The position numbers and the translations under genes are program-made. A model generated the notes under the pieces. That model was not told where the DNA came from. It ran no database searches and saw only the letters and a list, made by a program, of their open reading frames with translations. A DNA stretch of 64,000 nt, from the IMG/VR virus record IMGVR_UViG_3300017917_002466, positions 124,001-188,000 of that record; one strand, written 5' to 3'. The stretch's first letter is position 1; the number at the start of each line of letters is the position of its first letter. This document shows positions 39,172-50,301 of the stretch, one piece after another.

Positions 39172-39663
39172 AAGAAGAGTATCATCGGGTAATCCTATCA
39201 ATGTAGTGTTGGACTTCAAGCCAATCCCAATAAGGCTTGGTATATGGAACAGGCTTAGTTAACTTTTTGGTCTCCATCTTTCTTCTCCTTCTTTACTTTC
39301 TTGTGCATTGAGTAAGAACCCCAACAAGTGCATCCTGCATATGGTACGCCGGGATTCTCTTTATGAAAATCACAGGTATGACTCTCAGTCCTACATTCGT
39401 AGTCGTCTGGGTTATAGTCTACTTGCATATGATTCAACCTCCCGTTCAAATTCAACAATAATAGAAATAAGTTGTTCCTTTGTCATGTTCTTATACTTTT
39501 CTTTTATCGGATGGCAAACTCCATATTCTTCTGGTACCAATCCCAATTGATCTTTGATGTAATTGTAAGTATGTTCGGGATGATCTATTGGTAAACAATC
39601 CCTACGATACATCATTCCGCCGTGACTCCACCATACAGGAATTTCAATTTCAGACTTCATATC

Positions 39664-40152
39664 CTAATCCTTCTTATAAGCCCTAAAAATACAACCCAAG
39701 TATTGTCTTACCTCTTGGAAAATCTTTGTTGACTCTTCTGGGTCTTTTCCGCGATTTCCGGCAACATTCAATATTACAATATTGTTTTTATCAATCCAAT
39801 CTGTGACATCAAAAATAAATGGTAAATCTTTTAAATCACATTCAAATGATAACTTATTATAAAATTGAATAGCTTTTTTAGTACAGATTGTTCCAGGTGA
39901 ATTAAAATCGTTTGCTATAAGAAGAGTTGCATCACTATCTTTTACATTACAGTATGTTCTTGGTGAATAGTTTGGAGAAGTATGCTCTATCAATCCGAGT
40001 TTGGCAAGAGATGGTCTGGGTCCATATACTGTTTTATATCCAAGAGGAGCAGTACCACCAGTAATTAACCCACAATCTCTAGCAGCAGCCAACGCAGCTA
40101 AATCAACTCCATATTGTCCACCACTGTAAATTGTTGTTAAAGTTTTTTTCAT
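39664..40152 (-). CDS. SLOG-family putative molybdenum carrier (YpsA-like) protein
   Basis: SGGQYGVD.AAL, RT..NVKDSDATL, LNVAGNR. Confidence 0.8.
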   Translation of the reverse strand: MKKTLTTIYSGGQYGVDLAALAAARDCGLITGGTAPLGYKTVYGPRPSLAKLGLIEHTSPNYSPRTYCNVKDSDATLLIANDFNSPGTICTKKAIQFYNKLSFECDLKDLPFIFDVTDWIDKNNIVILNVAGNRGKDPEESTKIFQEVRQYLGCIFRAYKKD

Positions 40153-40573
40153 ATGATTAATATACCATTTTGTTGTCAATCTGTCAATAGAAAACTATAA
40201 ACACCTAAAGATGATATTAAAATTAAACTTCAAAACAATCTTTTACCAATCTCATATAAATCTACCGAAAAACGCCGATGCATCAACCTAACAGTAAAGT
40301 ACTCTCTTAAAGTATGTCTGGCATTTTCATCTTCAAAAAAACTGTTCGTTGAAGGTCTGTCGCCGTGTTCTAAGAGTAAAGGATGTTTAATGTACAATAC
40401 ACACCATTTCAACTCAGCAGACTTTGTTACAATCATATCAATATTTGATATTATTTTTGGGTTGAGTCCACTTATCCATATCTTTTCAGAAAATATCAAA
40501 GTATCAAAGTCAACTCCGAACTGAATAGAATAAAATCCTTTCTTGGTGCTTCCGCGATCTATTATCAGTTTCA

Positions 40574-41320
40574 TTACTTCTTTGCGTTTACCAATTGTGC
40601 CTGAAACTCTGGCATCGCAGTAGTGTTATTTGAAAAACTTTGGTTCCTCAACTGAGTTATCTTATCAGGAGTCAGAAGACTTATTCCAAGTTTCTGCTCG
40701 TCATTCGTTCCCCATCCATTAGCGTCAATCTTTCCATACTTCTCATAGTATTCATCAACGCCAATTGTAAAGCTTTGCTTCGGTCTTACAATCCAATTCT
40801 TAATCCTTTCATACATTGAGTTACCATCAATGATAGTAACTGGGTCGTTCCTTGTCTCAAAATGCTCTTGGAGCATTAAAGCTAGCCCTTCAATCCGCAA
40901 TCCATATCCTTCGTACTGATGAATTGCTTCATTGACTCCATCACCCTTATTGTACAGTTCATCGGAAACTGGATTGTCTGTCCATATATGCCAAACGAAG
41001 TTATTAAAATACCTTGGGTTCCAATGATATTTTTGTGCAATATTTATTAGATTTACAAACTGGTCAACGTGTTGTTCAGGAGCATAAAAGAAAACATAAG
41101 CCTGGCTATTGTGGTGGGTTTTCGGTTCTTCTTCTTTCTCGTAAGAATATCCACAGCAAGAAAACTTCGGTATCATACCGATTCGGGCAAGTTCAAAGAC
41201 TAGCGGACGAATCGGTTTGTCAACGCATTCCCAAACTGTTCTCTTGTCTCTATCAGCGTTTATCTTTTTGAATCTTTTCTGAAAGGCTTTCCTCTGAATC
41301 GGCGTGACTCTGGACTCCAT
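40574..41320 (-). CDS. hypothetical protein
   Basis: VD..I.PLV..L...G..P.FSCCG motif; AAGGAG RBS before MESRV. Confidence 0.6.
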   Translation of the reverse strand: MESRVTPIQRKAFQKRFKKINADRDKRTVWECVDKPIRPLVFELARIGMIPKFSCCGYSYEKEEEPKTHHNSQAYVFFYAPEQHVDQFVNLINIAQKYHWNPRYFNNFVWHIWTDNPVSDELYNKGDGVNEAIHQYEGYGLRIEGLALMLQEHFETRNDPVTIIDGNSMYERIKNWIVRPKQSFTIGVDEYYEKYGKIDANGWGTNDEQKLGISLLTPDKITQLRNQSFSNNTTAMPEFQAQLVNAKK

Positions 41321-41618
41321 TATCAACTCCTTGTTGAAGTTCTCTTTCAATTTTATCAATCTCAATTTGGATTCTATTTTTATCCGAAGTCAATTTAGCA
41401 AGAGCGGTCTTCAAGTTGTTCTCTCTGTCAGCCGCATTTATTTGTTTACAAAATGGACAACGCCTTTCTCTTGTAGGGTCAAAAGTACTCATTGTGCTTG
41501 AAACATCTATATCGTAAGTCTCTCCACATAAGTCACACACAAATTCAGCCCAAATCTTTTCAAGAGGGTCAGACCTTTTACTTTTATAACCGCTTCCAAA
41601 ATAACGTAAAAATCGCAT
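41253..41618 (-). CDS. zinc ribbon plus coiled-coil protein
   Basis: CDLC...CPFC. Confidence 0.55.
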   Translation of the reverse strand: MRFLRYFGSGYKSKRSDPLEKIWAEFVCDLCGETYDIDVSSTMSTFDPTRERRCPFCKQINAADRENNLKTALAKLTSDKNRIQIEIDKIERELQQGVDNGVQSHADSEESLSEKIQKDKR

Positions 41619-42061
41619 AAAATTTCCTTTCTTAATATTTTGTTAGTAAACCTTCTAACTTTCTCCAAGGATTTTTCCAATTGAGATAATATTCGTAAAC
41701 TCTTCCGACTGCCCAATATCCTATAAAAAATAAAATACTAGAAGTAATAGAAATACTAAATCCAATAATAAAACAATATATATAATCATTTATCATAAAA
41801 TATCCTGAAGTGAGTTTTTTTCTTTTTTTCTTTTCTTTTCCTTTTTTTCTTTCTTTTTTTGTTTTTTATCAGAGCAAGTTTTTCTTATTTTATTTTTATT
41901 ATCATCTAATTCCGATTCTATTTCAACTTTTCCTTTTTTAATTCGACGATAGTAAGAACATCCAGTTTTTGGATCAGGTTTTTTAATAAGAATTGTTTTA
42001 AAGAAACAATCTTTATTATAAAGATGACAGTTCGTAATTTCGCAGTCCATTAATTTTTCTT

Positions 42062-42460
42062 TTAAAATTTTTGCTGATTTTTTATAAATAAATTTCTTTT
42101 ATATTCATTTCTATGATCGGGACACATTTTTGGATATACAAAAATATTTGGAAATATTTTGATTTTAAACTCGTTATTACAACCTGGAAGTTTACAATTA
42201 GCCTTAATTATAACTGGGTTAGTATAACTATGCATAATAGTTTGATTTGGGTTACGAGATTCTTCTTCGGCTTTCTTGGTGGCGATCTTGGCGGCATCAA
42301 TTATCTTACGATATTTACGATGACGGTGTTCTGTACAAAATTTTCCCTTTCCAGTCATTTTTTGTTTTATTTTACATCCTGGAAAAGCACACTTCTTAAA
42401 TTTAAGTTTTTCACAATGCTGCTTACCAGATTTCTTTGGAACTATAAATGGTACGCTCAT
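42062..42460 (-). CDS. Cys-rich basic protein
   Basis: Two C..PGC...C..HR repeats. Confidence 0.6.
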   Translation of the reverse strand: MSVPFIVPKKSGKQHCEKLKFKKCAFPGCKIKQKMTGKGKFCTEHRHRKYRKIIDAAKIATKKAEEESRNPNQTIMHSYTNPVIIKANCKLPGCNNEFKIKIFPNIFVYPKMCPDHRNEYKRNLFIKNQQKF

Positions 42461-42565
42461 AAACCTCCAATAAATAAAATTAAACCGATGAGGTTCTTGT
42501 TATAATATACAAAATCCTATCTATAATATAATATTAGGAAACCGTTTTGTCAATAAAATTTTTTG

Positions 42566-43456
42566 TCAATTACAAGCTATTATAGAAGGTTTATTAGCCA
42601 TTTCTTCTCCGACTCTCTTGTATTGGTCAAGAAATTGAACTCCGTCAAGCTTATCAATAGCCTTTGGAATAGCAATGTCATAGTAGCTCATTGAAATCTT
42701 TTTCTTTGAAGAATTACACATTGCCTGTAATCCATAGACTTGTTCTTGACGAACTTGTTCTCTGGCTAGTCCACCATCATCAATTTCAAGGAAAGAAAGA
42801 ATCTGACGAACAAATTTATACTTTTTAGCTTTATTGAATAAAATATTTTCATCAGAAAATCCACAACCAATAATATCAAAATGCCAATTTTCATTTGGCC
42901 AAAGAATGAAAGCATCAACAAGACCATAAGCAATAGGAATATTGGCTACTCCCATTCCACCATCCATCCATACGGATTTATTTTGTTCGTCAATCAATGT
43001 TCCGAAATAGAAAGGAGCAGCAAAAGACTTACATGTCGAAGTAACAAGATATTCTTGTCCATCCTTTTGTTCCCAAGACTTAAAGAAGTGATTTCTCTTG
43101 TCACAAAGATTAACAGAAGTTATTTGAACTTTTGTCAAACAATCAGCCATTTTTATCATTCCAATTTCTTTGACAAAAATTTCAATGAAGTGTTTTCTAT
43201 TATACATTGGAATTGGTGGAAGCCATTGTCTTTCAAATATCTTCTTGACCATACTTGGATAAATAGCTTCAAGATAATCCATTGTAATCTTTCCAGAAGC
43301 TATCATTGCGGCATTGATAGCCCCAACAGAGCTTCCTACAATCAAGTCATAATATTTGGAAAGAGGACCAACTTCAGCTTCTTTCTTTTTCAAAACTTGG
43401 GCTTGTGCGTAGCCTTTTACACCACCACCGCTTAGAATCATTATTCGTTTAGACAT
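42566..43456 (-). CDS. patatin-like phospholipase
   Basis: SGGGVKG, GSSVG, DGG motifs. Confidence 0.9.
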   Translation of the reverse strand: MSKRIMILSGGGVKGYAQAQVLKKKEAEVGPLSKYYDLIVGSSVGAINAAMIASGKITMDYLEAIYPSMVKKIFERQWLPPIPMYNRKHFIEIFVKEIGMIKMADCLTKVQITSVNLCDKRNHFFKSWEQKDGQEYLVTSTCKSFAAPFYFGTLIDEQNKSVWMDGGMGVANIPIAYGLVDAFILWPNENWHFDIIGCGFSDENILFNKAKKYKFVRQILSFLEIDDGGLAREQVRQEQVYGLQAMCNSSKKKISMSYYDIAIPKAIDKLDGVQFLDQYKRVGEEMANKPSIIACN

Positions 43457-43785
43457 TTTTTAATTCCTCTTTATCTTGATTAAAGTTTTCACATTTTTCT
43501 TTTAATAAATGTCCGCATTTTTCCCATTCAAAACAATTTTTACAACAAGAATTATTCCATTTTTCTCTTAAAGATGATGCACTTAGTTCAATCATTTCTA
43601 AAACAAATTTTTCACCTGGGTCTTTTCCTTTATTAATTCCATCAAAATATTTTGCATCATTCAAATATTTAATTTCTACTTTTATAAATCTTTGGTCTTT
43701 TTGAGACATTTTTGCTCCTTTTCATATAAATACTATATGAAGAAAAAATTAGGATAAACCCTAATCAAAAAGGAGTCAATTTTAA

Positions 43786-43899
43786 ATGAAAAATTATTCT
43801 ACATCTTTTATAAAAAGATCAAATATTATACATAAAAATAAGTATGAATATTCTGAAATTATTTATATTAATAATAAAACTAAAGTCAAAATATATTGA
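43786..43899 (+). pseudogene. N-terminal endonuclease remnant behind a TATAAATA promoter
   Basis: MKNYSTSFIKRSNIIHKNKYEYSEIIYINNKTKVKI; TATAAATA at about 43725; AAGGAG RBS. Confidence 0.6.
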
Positions 43900-43935
43900 A
43901 AATATTTTAATAAGTAAAATATTCTAAAGGCTTTA

Positions 43936-45240
43936 CTAAATTCTGTTATCTTCAAATCGGTCTAGAAAAGTTTTAAATCCCCACATCACAGGAGGATTAG
44001 AGTTTTTTGTACTCATAAGCCACAATACTTTACATTTTGGTTGGTGGGGAGGAGAAGCACAACCATCAGTATAAACTACCAATCCATCAACCTTTTCTTT
44101 ATCAGCTAAATTCATTATTTGCTCAAAGTCAGTTCCTCCCCTACCAAGACAAGTAAAACTCTTTCTGGCTTTTCTAAAGTTCTTTTCCACAATTTTTATT
44201 TCTGTATCAAACTCCACAAAAGTTATCTTACAATAGTGAAGTAGTTTATTCACAACACCAAAACCATATGCCAAATCTTCATCAGTCATTGAACCAGAAC
44301 TATCAACAGCAAAGATAACGTGTGGCATATAAACTCGTCTATAACCTGGGAGTTCAATATCCCAACGTCTATTCAAACGCATACGGCTACTAATACTTTT
44401 TCCTGTCAATACAGAAGCGCCAAATTTTCTAATAACATCTGAAGCTCTTACTTTTGGTTCAAGAGTCGCAAGAATTGATGCCTGTGCAGTACCAGTATAT
44501 CGTCCCCATTGTCTTGTCCTATGACGAACTTTATCAACGAAAGTCTTTATATCAGTATCAAATCCATTATTCTTTCCCCAACCCTGATTGCCATTACTAT
44601 TAGGGTCAGTATATTTCGTCATTGCTTCTTTTTCATTATCAAACTCTTGGAATCCATCACCATCAGCATTTTCATCTCGTTGGTCTTGTTCATCTTCAGT
44701 TTGAGAGATTACTTTTTGAACCATATCTTTCTTTTGTTCGTCAGACATTGACCCCCAAATCTTTTGAATTTGTTTATTGACCTTATCGGCTCTTTCTAAA
44801 AGTTCTCGGAAATATTCTTCAAAAGCTAAATTATCTTTCAAACCAAATCTTTTTGGGTCGGGAGTTATTTCATCAATTCCTTGGAGAAGTTTCTCAACAT
44901 CACCGTTTGAAAGTTGATTAATTGCTAAAGAAGAAGAAAGGTGAGCGATGTTTGCCGGTTCTTTCAGTCTGGTGGTGGGGTGACGAAGAAGCACACGCAT
45001 ACCTTCCGTATAAAGTACCAATTCAAGTTTTTCAAGAGAGATTGTAGTAATAAAGTTTGGGTTATACCTAAGAGATACTCGGTCTTGTCTAGTAACATCA
45101 ATACCCATTGTGTCATATTGTGGGTCTGGAATCTTATCCAACATTGACAAAGCACCAAATAAAACATTATCTTTTCTCCAAAGAGAAAAAATAACCTTAT
45201 CTATTTTTTGTTTGGCTCTTTCTATATTTTCATTATTCAT
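43936..45240 (-). CDS. DUF2201-type protein with C-terminal VWA domain
   Basis: DSSGSM MIDAS, GRGGTDF, YTDG. Confidence 0.85.
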   Translation of the reverse strand: MNNENIERAKQKIDKVIFSLWRKDNVLFGALSMLDKIPDPQYDTMGIDVTRQDRVSLRYNPNFITTISLEKLELVLYTEGMRVLLRHPTTRLKEPANIAHLSSSLAINQLSNGDVEKLLQGIDEITPDPKRFGLKDNLAFEEYFRELLERADKVNKQIQKIWGSMSDEQKKDMVQKVISQTEDEQDQRDENADGDGFQEFDNEKEAMTKYTDPNSNGNQGWGKNNGFDTDIKTFVDKVRHRTRQWGRYTGTAQASILATLEPKVRASDVIRKFGASVLTGKSISSRMRLNRRWDIELPGYRRVYMPHVIFAVDSSGSMTDEDLAYGFGVVNKLLHYCKITFVEFDTEIKIVEKNFRKARKSFTCLGRGGTDFEQIMNLADKEKVDGLVVYTDGCASPPHQPKCKVLWLMSTKNSNPPVMWGFKTFLDRFEDNRI

Positions 45241-45279
45241 TTAGAATATTCTTTCTATCAAATATAATATATAAATAAC

Positions 45280-45370
45280 AAACAGAAGATGACATTATTA
45301 GACTAAATCATTTTACTAACTTAGAGTTATTGACAGTAGAAGATCACAAGAAAATACATTCTGGTGATCT
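45280..45370 (+). pseudogene. HNH endonuclease remnant
   Basis: TEDDIIRLNHFTNLELLTVEDHKKIHSG. Confidence 0.55.
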
Positions 45371-45382
45371 TCTACTAAACGA

Positions 45383-46648
45383 TTAGCCTTTTAGTAACTC
45401 ATCAATGTCAGGATCGTTGAAATGGTTTTCCTCATCCTCTTTCTCTTTCGGTGTTTTCCCGTGAATTAGGTCTATAAAATCATCCACTAATCCTTTGATA
45501 TTACTGGAAAGTAATTTATCGGGCCACGATTTGTGATTCTCGGTTGTTGCTTCACTGATGTAGTCATAAAAATCACAGCGAAGTTCATTGGGAAGGCACT
45601 TGAGATATTGGTACACATTAAATGCGTACTTATCGGCCTGTTTCTTTCCAGTGGGACTTTCCATCTCTCCAAAGTACTGTTCTTCTTCCTCTTCAAGATG
45701 AATTGATAATTCAAGGTTTAGTAACAAAATTTCTTGGTTGGAACATTTCTTGACTTTTTCTTCCAAATCTTTTGTCCAGTTTGTTACGATACTTCCAGGA
45801 TTTATCCCCTTCTTCTGTTCCTTGATGAAAGCATAGAAAGCCGAAGATGCACTTTCTCCAATGATTCCAGCCGAAATATCCCTAAGTGTAACAAAGTCTT
45901 CTTCGTTCAAAATCTTTGGATTCTTCTTGATGATATTGCTCATCCTTACCCAAGAACGTCGGGAAGGATAGACTACGCCCATCTTTCCGTTAGATGGAGG
46001 GTCAAGGTGCAATGCTCCGAACTTGGCAATGAATCCGATAACAAGCTTATGAACCTTTGCATCAATAGCCCAGTAAATCCATTCCTTGCGTGAAGGAGCG
46101 AACCCATAAACATTGAATCGGTCAAAAAGGGCTGGGTCAAGCTCGGTAACCTGATATCCAAACTTATCGTCAAGAGGATTGATTGCAGCGATGATTCGGG
46201 TGCAATCAGGAAGCTTCAATCCGTTGAGTTGACGGTTGAGAGCCATATCCATAATGCACTGATAGACCTCGGGCTTTCCTCGGTTGAACTCATCAAGGAA
46301 AAGAACGAGCTTGGTATTATTGTCTCTCGGCCACCATTTTGGTGGTGCGAATTCTGTTATTTTCTGTGAAACTTCTTTTCCATCATAAATGAAAGTAACT
46401 ATAGTTCGATCTGGCAAACCAATCAAATCACCAGCATCAGCCATCTGGCCAAGGAAAAGCATAATGACGGCATACCCACGCTTCTCAAAATAAGCCTTCA
46501 TAAACTCGGATTTGCCGATACCGTGAATACCAACGGCCATAATGGCTTGGTCTTCTGGAGTCATTTCAAGAATGTTTATCCAGTCTTTTGCCTCAAGCTC
46601 ACGAACCATATCCAAGGAACCGTTTGAACCACCTTCAATCTTGGACAT
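45383..46648 (-). CDS. MoxR-like AAA+ ATPase
   Basis: GIHGIGKS Walker A, LFLDEFNR Walker B, LDPALFDRF. Confidence 0.9.
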   Translation of the reverse strand: MSKIEGGSNGSLDMVRELEAKDWINILEMTPEDQAIMAVGIHGIGKSEFMKAYFEKRGYAVIMLFLGQMADAGDLIGLPDRTIVTFIYDGKEVSQKITEFAPPKWWPRDNNTKLVLFLDEFNRGKPEVYQCIMDMALNRQLNGLKLPDCTRIIAAINPLDDKFGYQVTELDPALFDRFNVYGFAPSRKEWIYWAIDAKVHKLVIGFIAKFGALHLDPPSNGKMGVVYPSRRSWVRMSNIIKKNPKILNEEDFVTLRDISAGIIGESASSAFYAFIKEQKKGINPGSIVTNWTKDLEEKVKKCSNQEILLLNLELSIHLEEEEEQYFGEMESPTGKKQADKYAFNVYQYLKCLPNELRCDFYDYISEATTENHKSWPDKLLSSNIKGLVDDFIDLIHGKTPKEKEDEENHFNDPDIDELLKG

Positions 46649-47339
46649 TATGAACCCCTTTCAATTGGTGTTACTTATGAAGCTCTTCGTCTATTTCTTC
46701 TTCGTACTCTTCATCTTCTTCAAGACTATCAAGGTCTATCTTTCTAAGGTAATCTTTTACCTTCTGTCTACTTTTCTTTTGAGACTTGCCGACTTTCTCC
46801 ATTCCATAGTTGTCAGCGTCATAATAGTTTTCACGGAAAGTCTTACTCATTTGATTAGGCTCCTTTTCCCTTTCTTACTCTTTTGAAAAAGCAACGAGTA
46901 CATTGCGTTAAATTGTTTGCATCAGCAGGCTGAATGAAATATTGGTTGCAGAATTTACAACGACAAATCTTCCCAGTCCACATAATGCGGATACGTTCAA
47001 AAATGTTATAGTGCTTTGGTATTGTTCCAAACAAAGAAAACTTCTTGAGCCAGCATTGTATTGGATTCTTGATTGATAATTCGTATTCATTGATTTCTTG
47101 GAAGACATTGCATTCTTTGACTTGGTCAAAAAGCATACTGAAGTGTTCAAAACTGCCATCCCCTTTATGTAAGAAGTGGCAAAAACCATTCTCTTGATGT
47201 GGTTTGTCTTTTTGAATTGACCAATATGGGCAAGTTCCATCACTATCCCAACAATATATTCCCTGTGGAATATTCTCAATTTTTCTTTCTTTCATACTTT
47301 CAATATACATCTGTTTGCGAAAAAGTCAAGTAGTAAAAT

Positions 47340-47476
47340 CATAAATATTTATAGAAGTTAAGAGACAGCGACTGATCCTCGTTTCTTTGCCAGTACAAAG
47401 ATTATCTTAACTTCATCTACACAAACCGTACTGGAGGTTCTATGATAGTTTCTAAAACAATTCTAATAAAAGAGTT
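47340..47476 (+). pseudogene. leader RNA copy 5 plus minimal HNH remnant
   Basis: ccagta/tactgg pseudoknot; ATG 47442 MIVSKTILIKEF resembles MILSKTV...IKDF ends of 24660..25343. Confidence 0.7.
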
Positions 47477-48051
47477 TATGAATTTATAACACGAAAAGCA
47501 TCAACAACAAATCTAATTTGATATTTACAATCGCTTATTGCGTTATGTTTCTGATCTTTGTCATCTGAATATTTACTTGTTGATATTTTTGAAAGCCAAG
47601 TTATTGTTCTACAATCAAATATATGCTTATAACTCCAAGGAGTTATAAGATTATATTCATTATAAGCTTGATTTAAAAGAGGAATATCAAAACCATTGCC
47701 CCAAACCTTAAAATTCTCTACAAGATTATTAGAACAAAAATCATTAAGTAAATTCAAACATTCCAATAAACTAATATTCCTATATGCTTCACTTTGTTCT
47801 TTTCTTACATTTTCGGGTTGGTTAAACCAAAATTTAATAGAACCCCATTCAATGTTTCTATTTGTTTGAGTTTCAATAATTGGATAAATTTCAAACTCTT
47901 TCCCCAATGTTCCATCTGTAATATTAAAACAAACTGCTCCAATACTTAAAACTACTGCATTCGTTTGAACTCCAAGAGTTTCAAGGTCTATCATAAGATG
48001 ATGTAGCTTCTTACTTTCTGCGGCCGGTACTGCGTTTATTTCTTCTGACAT
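47476..48051 (-). CDS. DEDD 3'-5' exonuclease (exonuclease VIII/Rv2179c-like)
   Basis: MIDLETLG, WGNG.D, DCRT, HNAISDC. Confidence 0.85.
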   Translation of the reverse strand: MSEEINAVPAAESKKLHHLMIDLETLGVQTNAVVLSIGAVCFNITDGTLGKEFEIYPIIETQTNRNIEWGSIKFWFNQPENVRKEQSEAYRNISLLECLNLLNDFCSNNLVENFKVWGNGFDIPLLNQAYNEYNLITPWSYKHIFDCRTITWLSKISTSKYSDDKDQKHNAISDCKYQIRFVVDAFRVINS

Positions 48052-48595
48052 CTGTAGTCCTTTCTCGGAGCGCGTCAAAGAATGCATCCTCGCCATAATC
48101 GTCGTCACAATCTTCTTTACAAACATTCGTTTTCTTTACCTTTACAGGCTTCTCTTTGGATTCAAGTTCCTTTATTCTATTTCTAAGCCTTTCTATTTCT
48201 TCCTCATATCGTGAAACATCTGAGTTAGCGTGACCAACAACGGTCTTTCCTTTCTCTACAATCACTGGCTTGAGGACTTGAAAATTATCGTGGAATGAAT
48301 TCTTATTCTCATTTATCATATCTAATCCTTTATGAAGTCCATCTTCTTGCTTCTACGTTTCAGTATCATCCATCCTGTGCGAATGACAGAGAATCCCATC
48401 ACAAGTACAGTCAATATTGCTATTGATAGTTTCACAATGATAAGAGCATTGCTGTCTTGGTCGTCTATCTCAATCATGTGTTACCTTCTTTATCTCTTTC
48501 AACACAATAGCATAAATAAAGACCATAAAAAAGTACCAAACCAATACCACCAACTATTACAATAACAAGAGAAGCTATTAACCATTGTGGCAATA

Positions 48596-49579
48596 TCATA
48601 GATAATTTTTTCTGGCTATTTCAATAGCCCTTTCAACTACAGTCTTCACATTGCATCCGTAAAGACCGGCACAACTGAAGCTGTTCAACTCCATTACCGA
48701 AAACTTATCTTGAGCATTCTTACAAATATCAACTGTGTACATCGGGTCGGGCTGATATACTTTAGCAGTCGCCTTCGCAAGCTCCAATGCCTGTTCCTCA
48801 AAGGAAGGAGAATAGTCTGATTCACTTTCCTTCTTGTATTGACTACCCGTAATGATTTCACCCTCAGCAGCAATGAATCTCCACTCAGCCACGATTCTAT
48901 CTTCATGACCAACCGGCCGAGCAAGAAGCAGTATATCTTCTTCCTTGGTTCCTTCACGAACCCAGAACCAATCCGAAGACCAGTATGGTTCATTTACTAT
49001 AAAAACCATACCAGTAAAAGGTTTCAATCCAGAGCTTGGTCTAATGAAGATTCGGCCTGTCTGTGGTTCCCCTATTGACTCTATGTATTTTTCAATACCT
49101 TTCTCTACGTTTATCCTTGAATCAAACAAACAGTAACCATTGAACAATGGGATTCCTGCGCTTTGAAGAATTGGGTAATACCGGCAACATTCGTAGTTTT
49201 CAACAGTAAGCCACGGTCCGGGCTTCCAATTAGTCTGCTTCTTAATCTGAAGCGCAAAGTTTATAGAAGTTTGAGTGAGTACGAAATCATCCTTGTCAAT
49301 GAAAGACAAGTCCATTCCTTCTATCGGAATGTACTTCTCAACGTGAACATCACATCCTTGTTTCTTGGCTTCTTCAGCCAAATCACCAAAGCGATTGTCA
49401 GGATGAAAGTCTTCTATAAACCATCTTGGATTAATCATTTGATATTTCCCATTTCTATCCTTTTCTATAATATAATATGTAACTCCAAGTTTGTCAAGAG
49501 CTTTCTTCCAAATTTCTGTTTCTTGACGAAGACATTCGGATTTCCAGACTGGAAAGCCTTCTATGATGAATTTAATCAT
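48596..49579 (-). CDS. ATP-grasp domain protein (DUF4343/R2K-like)
   Basis: FIRPSSGLKPFTG, EWRF, VDI, VMELNSFSCAGLY. Confidence 0.8.
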   Translation of the reverse strand: MIKFIIEGFPVWKSECLRQETEIWKKALDKLGVTYYIIEKDRNGKYQMINPRWFIEDFHPDNRFGDLAEEAKKQGCDVHVEKYIPIEGMDLSFIDKDDFVLTQTSINFALQIKKQTNWKPGPWLTVENYECCRYYPILQSAGIPLFNGYCLFDSRINVEKGIEKYIESIGEPQTGRIFIRPSSGLKPFTGMVFIVNEPYWSSDWFWVREGTKEEDILLLARPVGHEDRIVAEWRFIAAEGEIITGSQYKKESESDYSPSFEEQALELAKATAKVYQPDPMYTVDICKNAQDKFSVMELNSFSCAGLYGCNVKTVVERAIEIARKNYL

Positions 49580-49753
49580 TTGGCTTCCTTAAATATTATG
49601 CAACCACAATACTTACATCCACAAGGATACATTTCTGCATAAGTATCAAAGTGTCGGTAATAAGGATGGCCGCAAGTACAGACTCTATCATCCCCGTAGT
49701 TAGGATTGTAATGTCTATCAGTTAATACTCTCTTTGTAATGATATATGGCTTC

Positions 49754-49945
49754 TCAGGCTTTTTCATTCTTCAATTCCTTCTTGGCCTGCTTCTCCAAAG
49801 CATCCCACTTCTTTTGGTCAGCTACGATTTGAATTGCTTGACCCATTTCCTCAAGGACTTTCATTGAAGCATGAGAGCCTTGGACGATTTGTTTTCCACG
49901 CCTCATATTCAAATCCTTACGCATTACTATTACTTGTTTGACCAT
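49754..49945 (-). pseudogene. truncated Pth2-type peptidyl-tRNA hydrolase
   Basis: MVKQVIVMRKDLNMRRGK..QGSHAS is the Pth2 N-terminus; remainder absent. Confidence 0.65.
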
Positions 49946-49946
49946 A

Positions 49947-50300
49947 TTATAGTTTCTCCCAAAGGAAAGGAACATACTGTGCTTGAATTCCATAATCCTC
50001 AAAGAGCTTAATCATCAATTTTGCGGCTGGACGGTTAATTGAATGAACGAAAATCTGATTCGGAACTCTGTCTCGGTTCTGAACCAACCACTTCACAACT
50101 CCATATCCGGTATTATCACCGGCTAGTACATATGTCTTACCACCAAGGTCGTGGTCAAGCATCAACACATCAAATTCAAAGGACTCCAAAGCAGCAATAC
50201 AATCTTTTGAAGTTGTAGTAAAGACTACATCGTTTCCGATAAGCTTCTGCTGAAATGTCTTGGTCCTTTCTGGACAGTCTTCAAGAATTAATATCTTCAT
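49947..50300 (-). CDS. cyclic-phosphate processing receiver domain protein
   Basis: ILILED, LDHDLG, TGY, VHS.N motifs. Confidence 0.75.
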   Translation of the reverse strand: MKILILEDCPERTKTFQQKLIGNDVVFTTTSKDCIAALESFEFDVLMLDHDLGGKTYVLAGDNTGYGVVKWLVQNRDRVPNQIFVHSINRPAAKLMIKLFEDYGIQAQYVPFLWEKL

Positions 50301-50301
50301 A

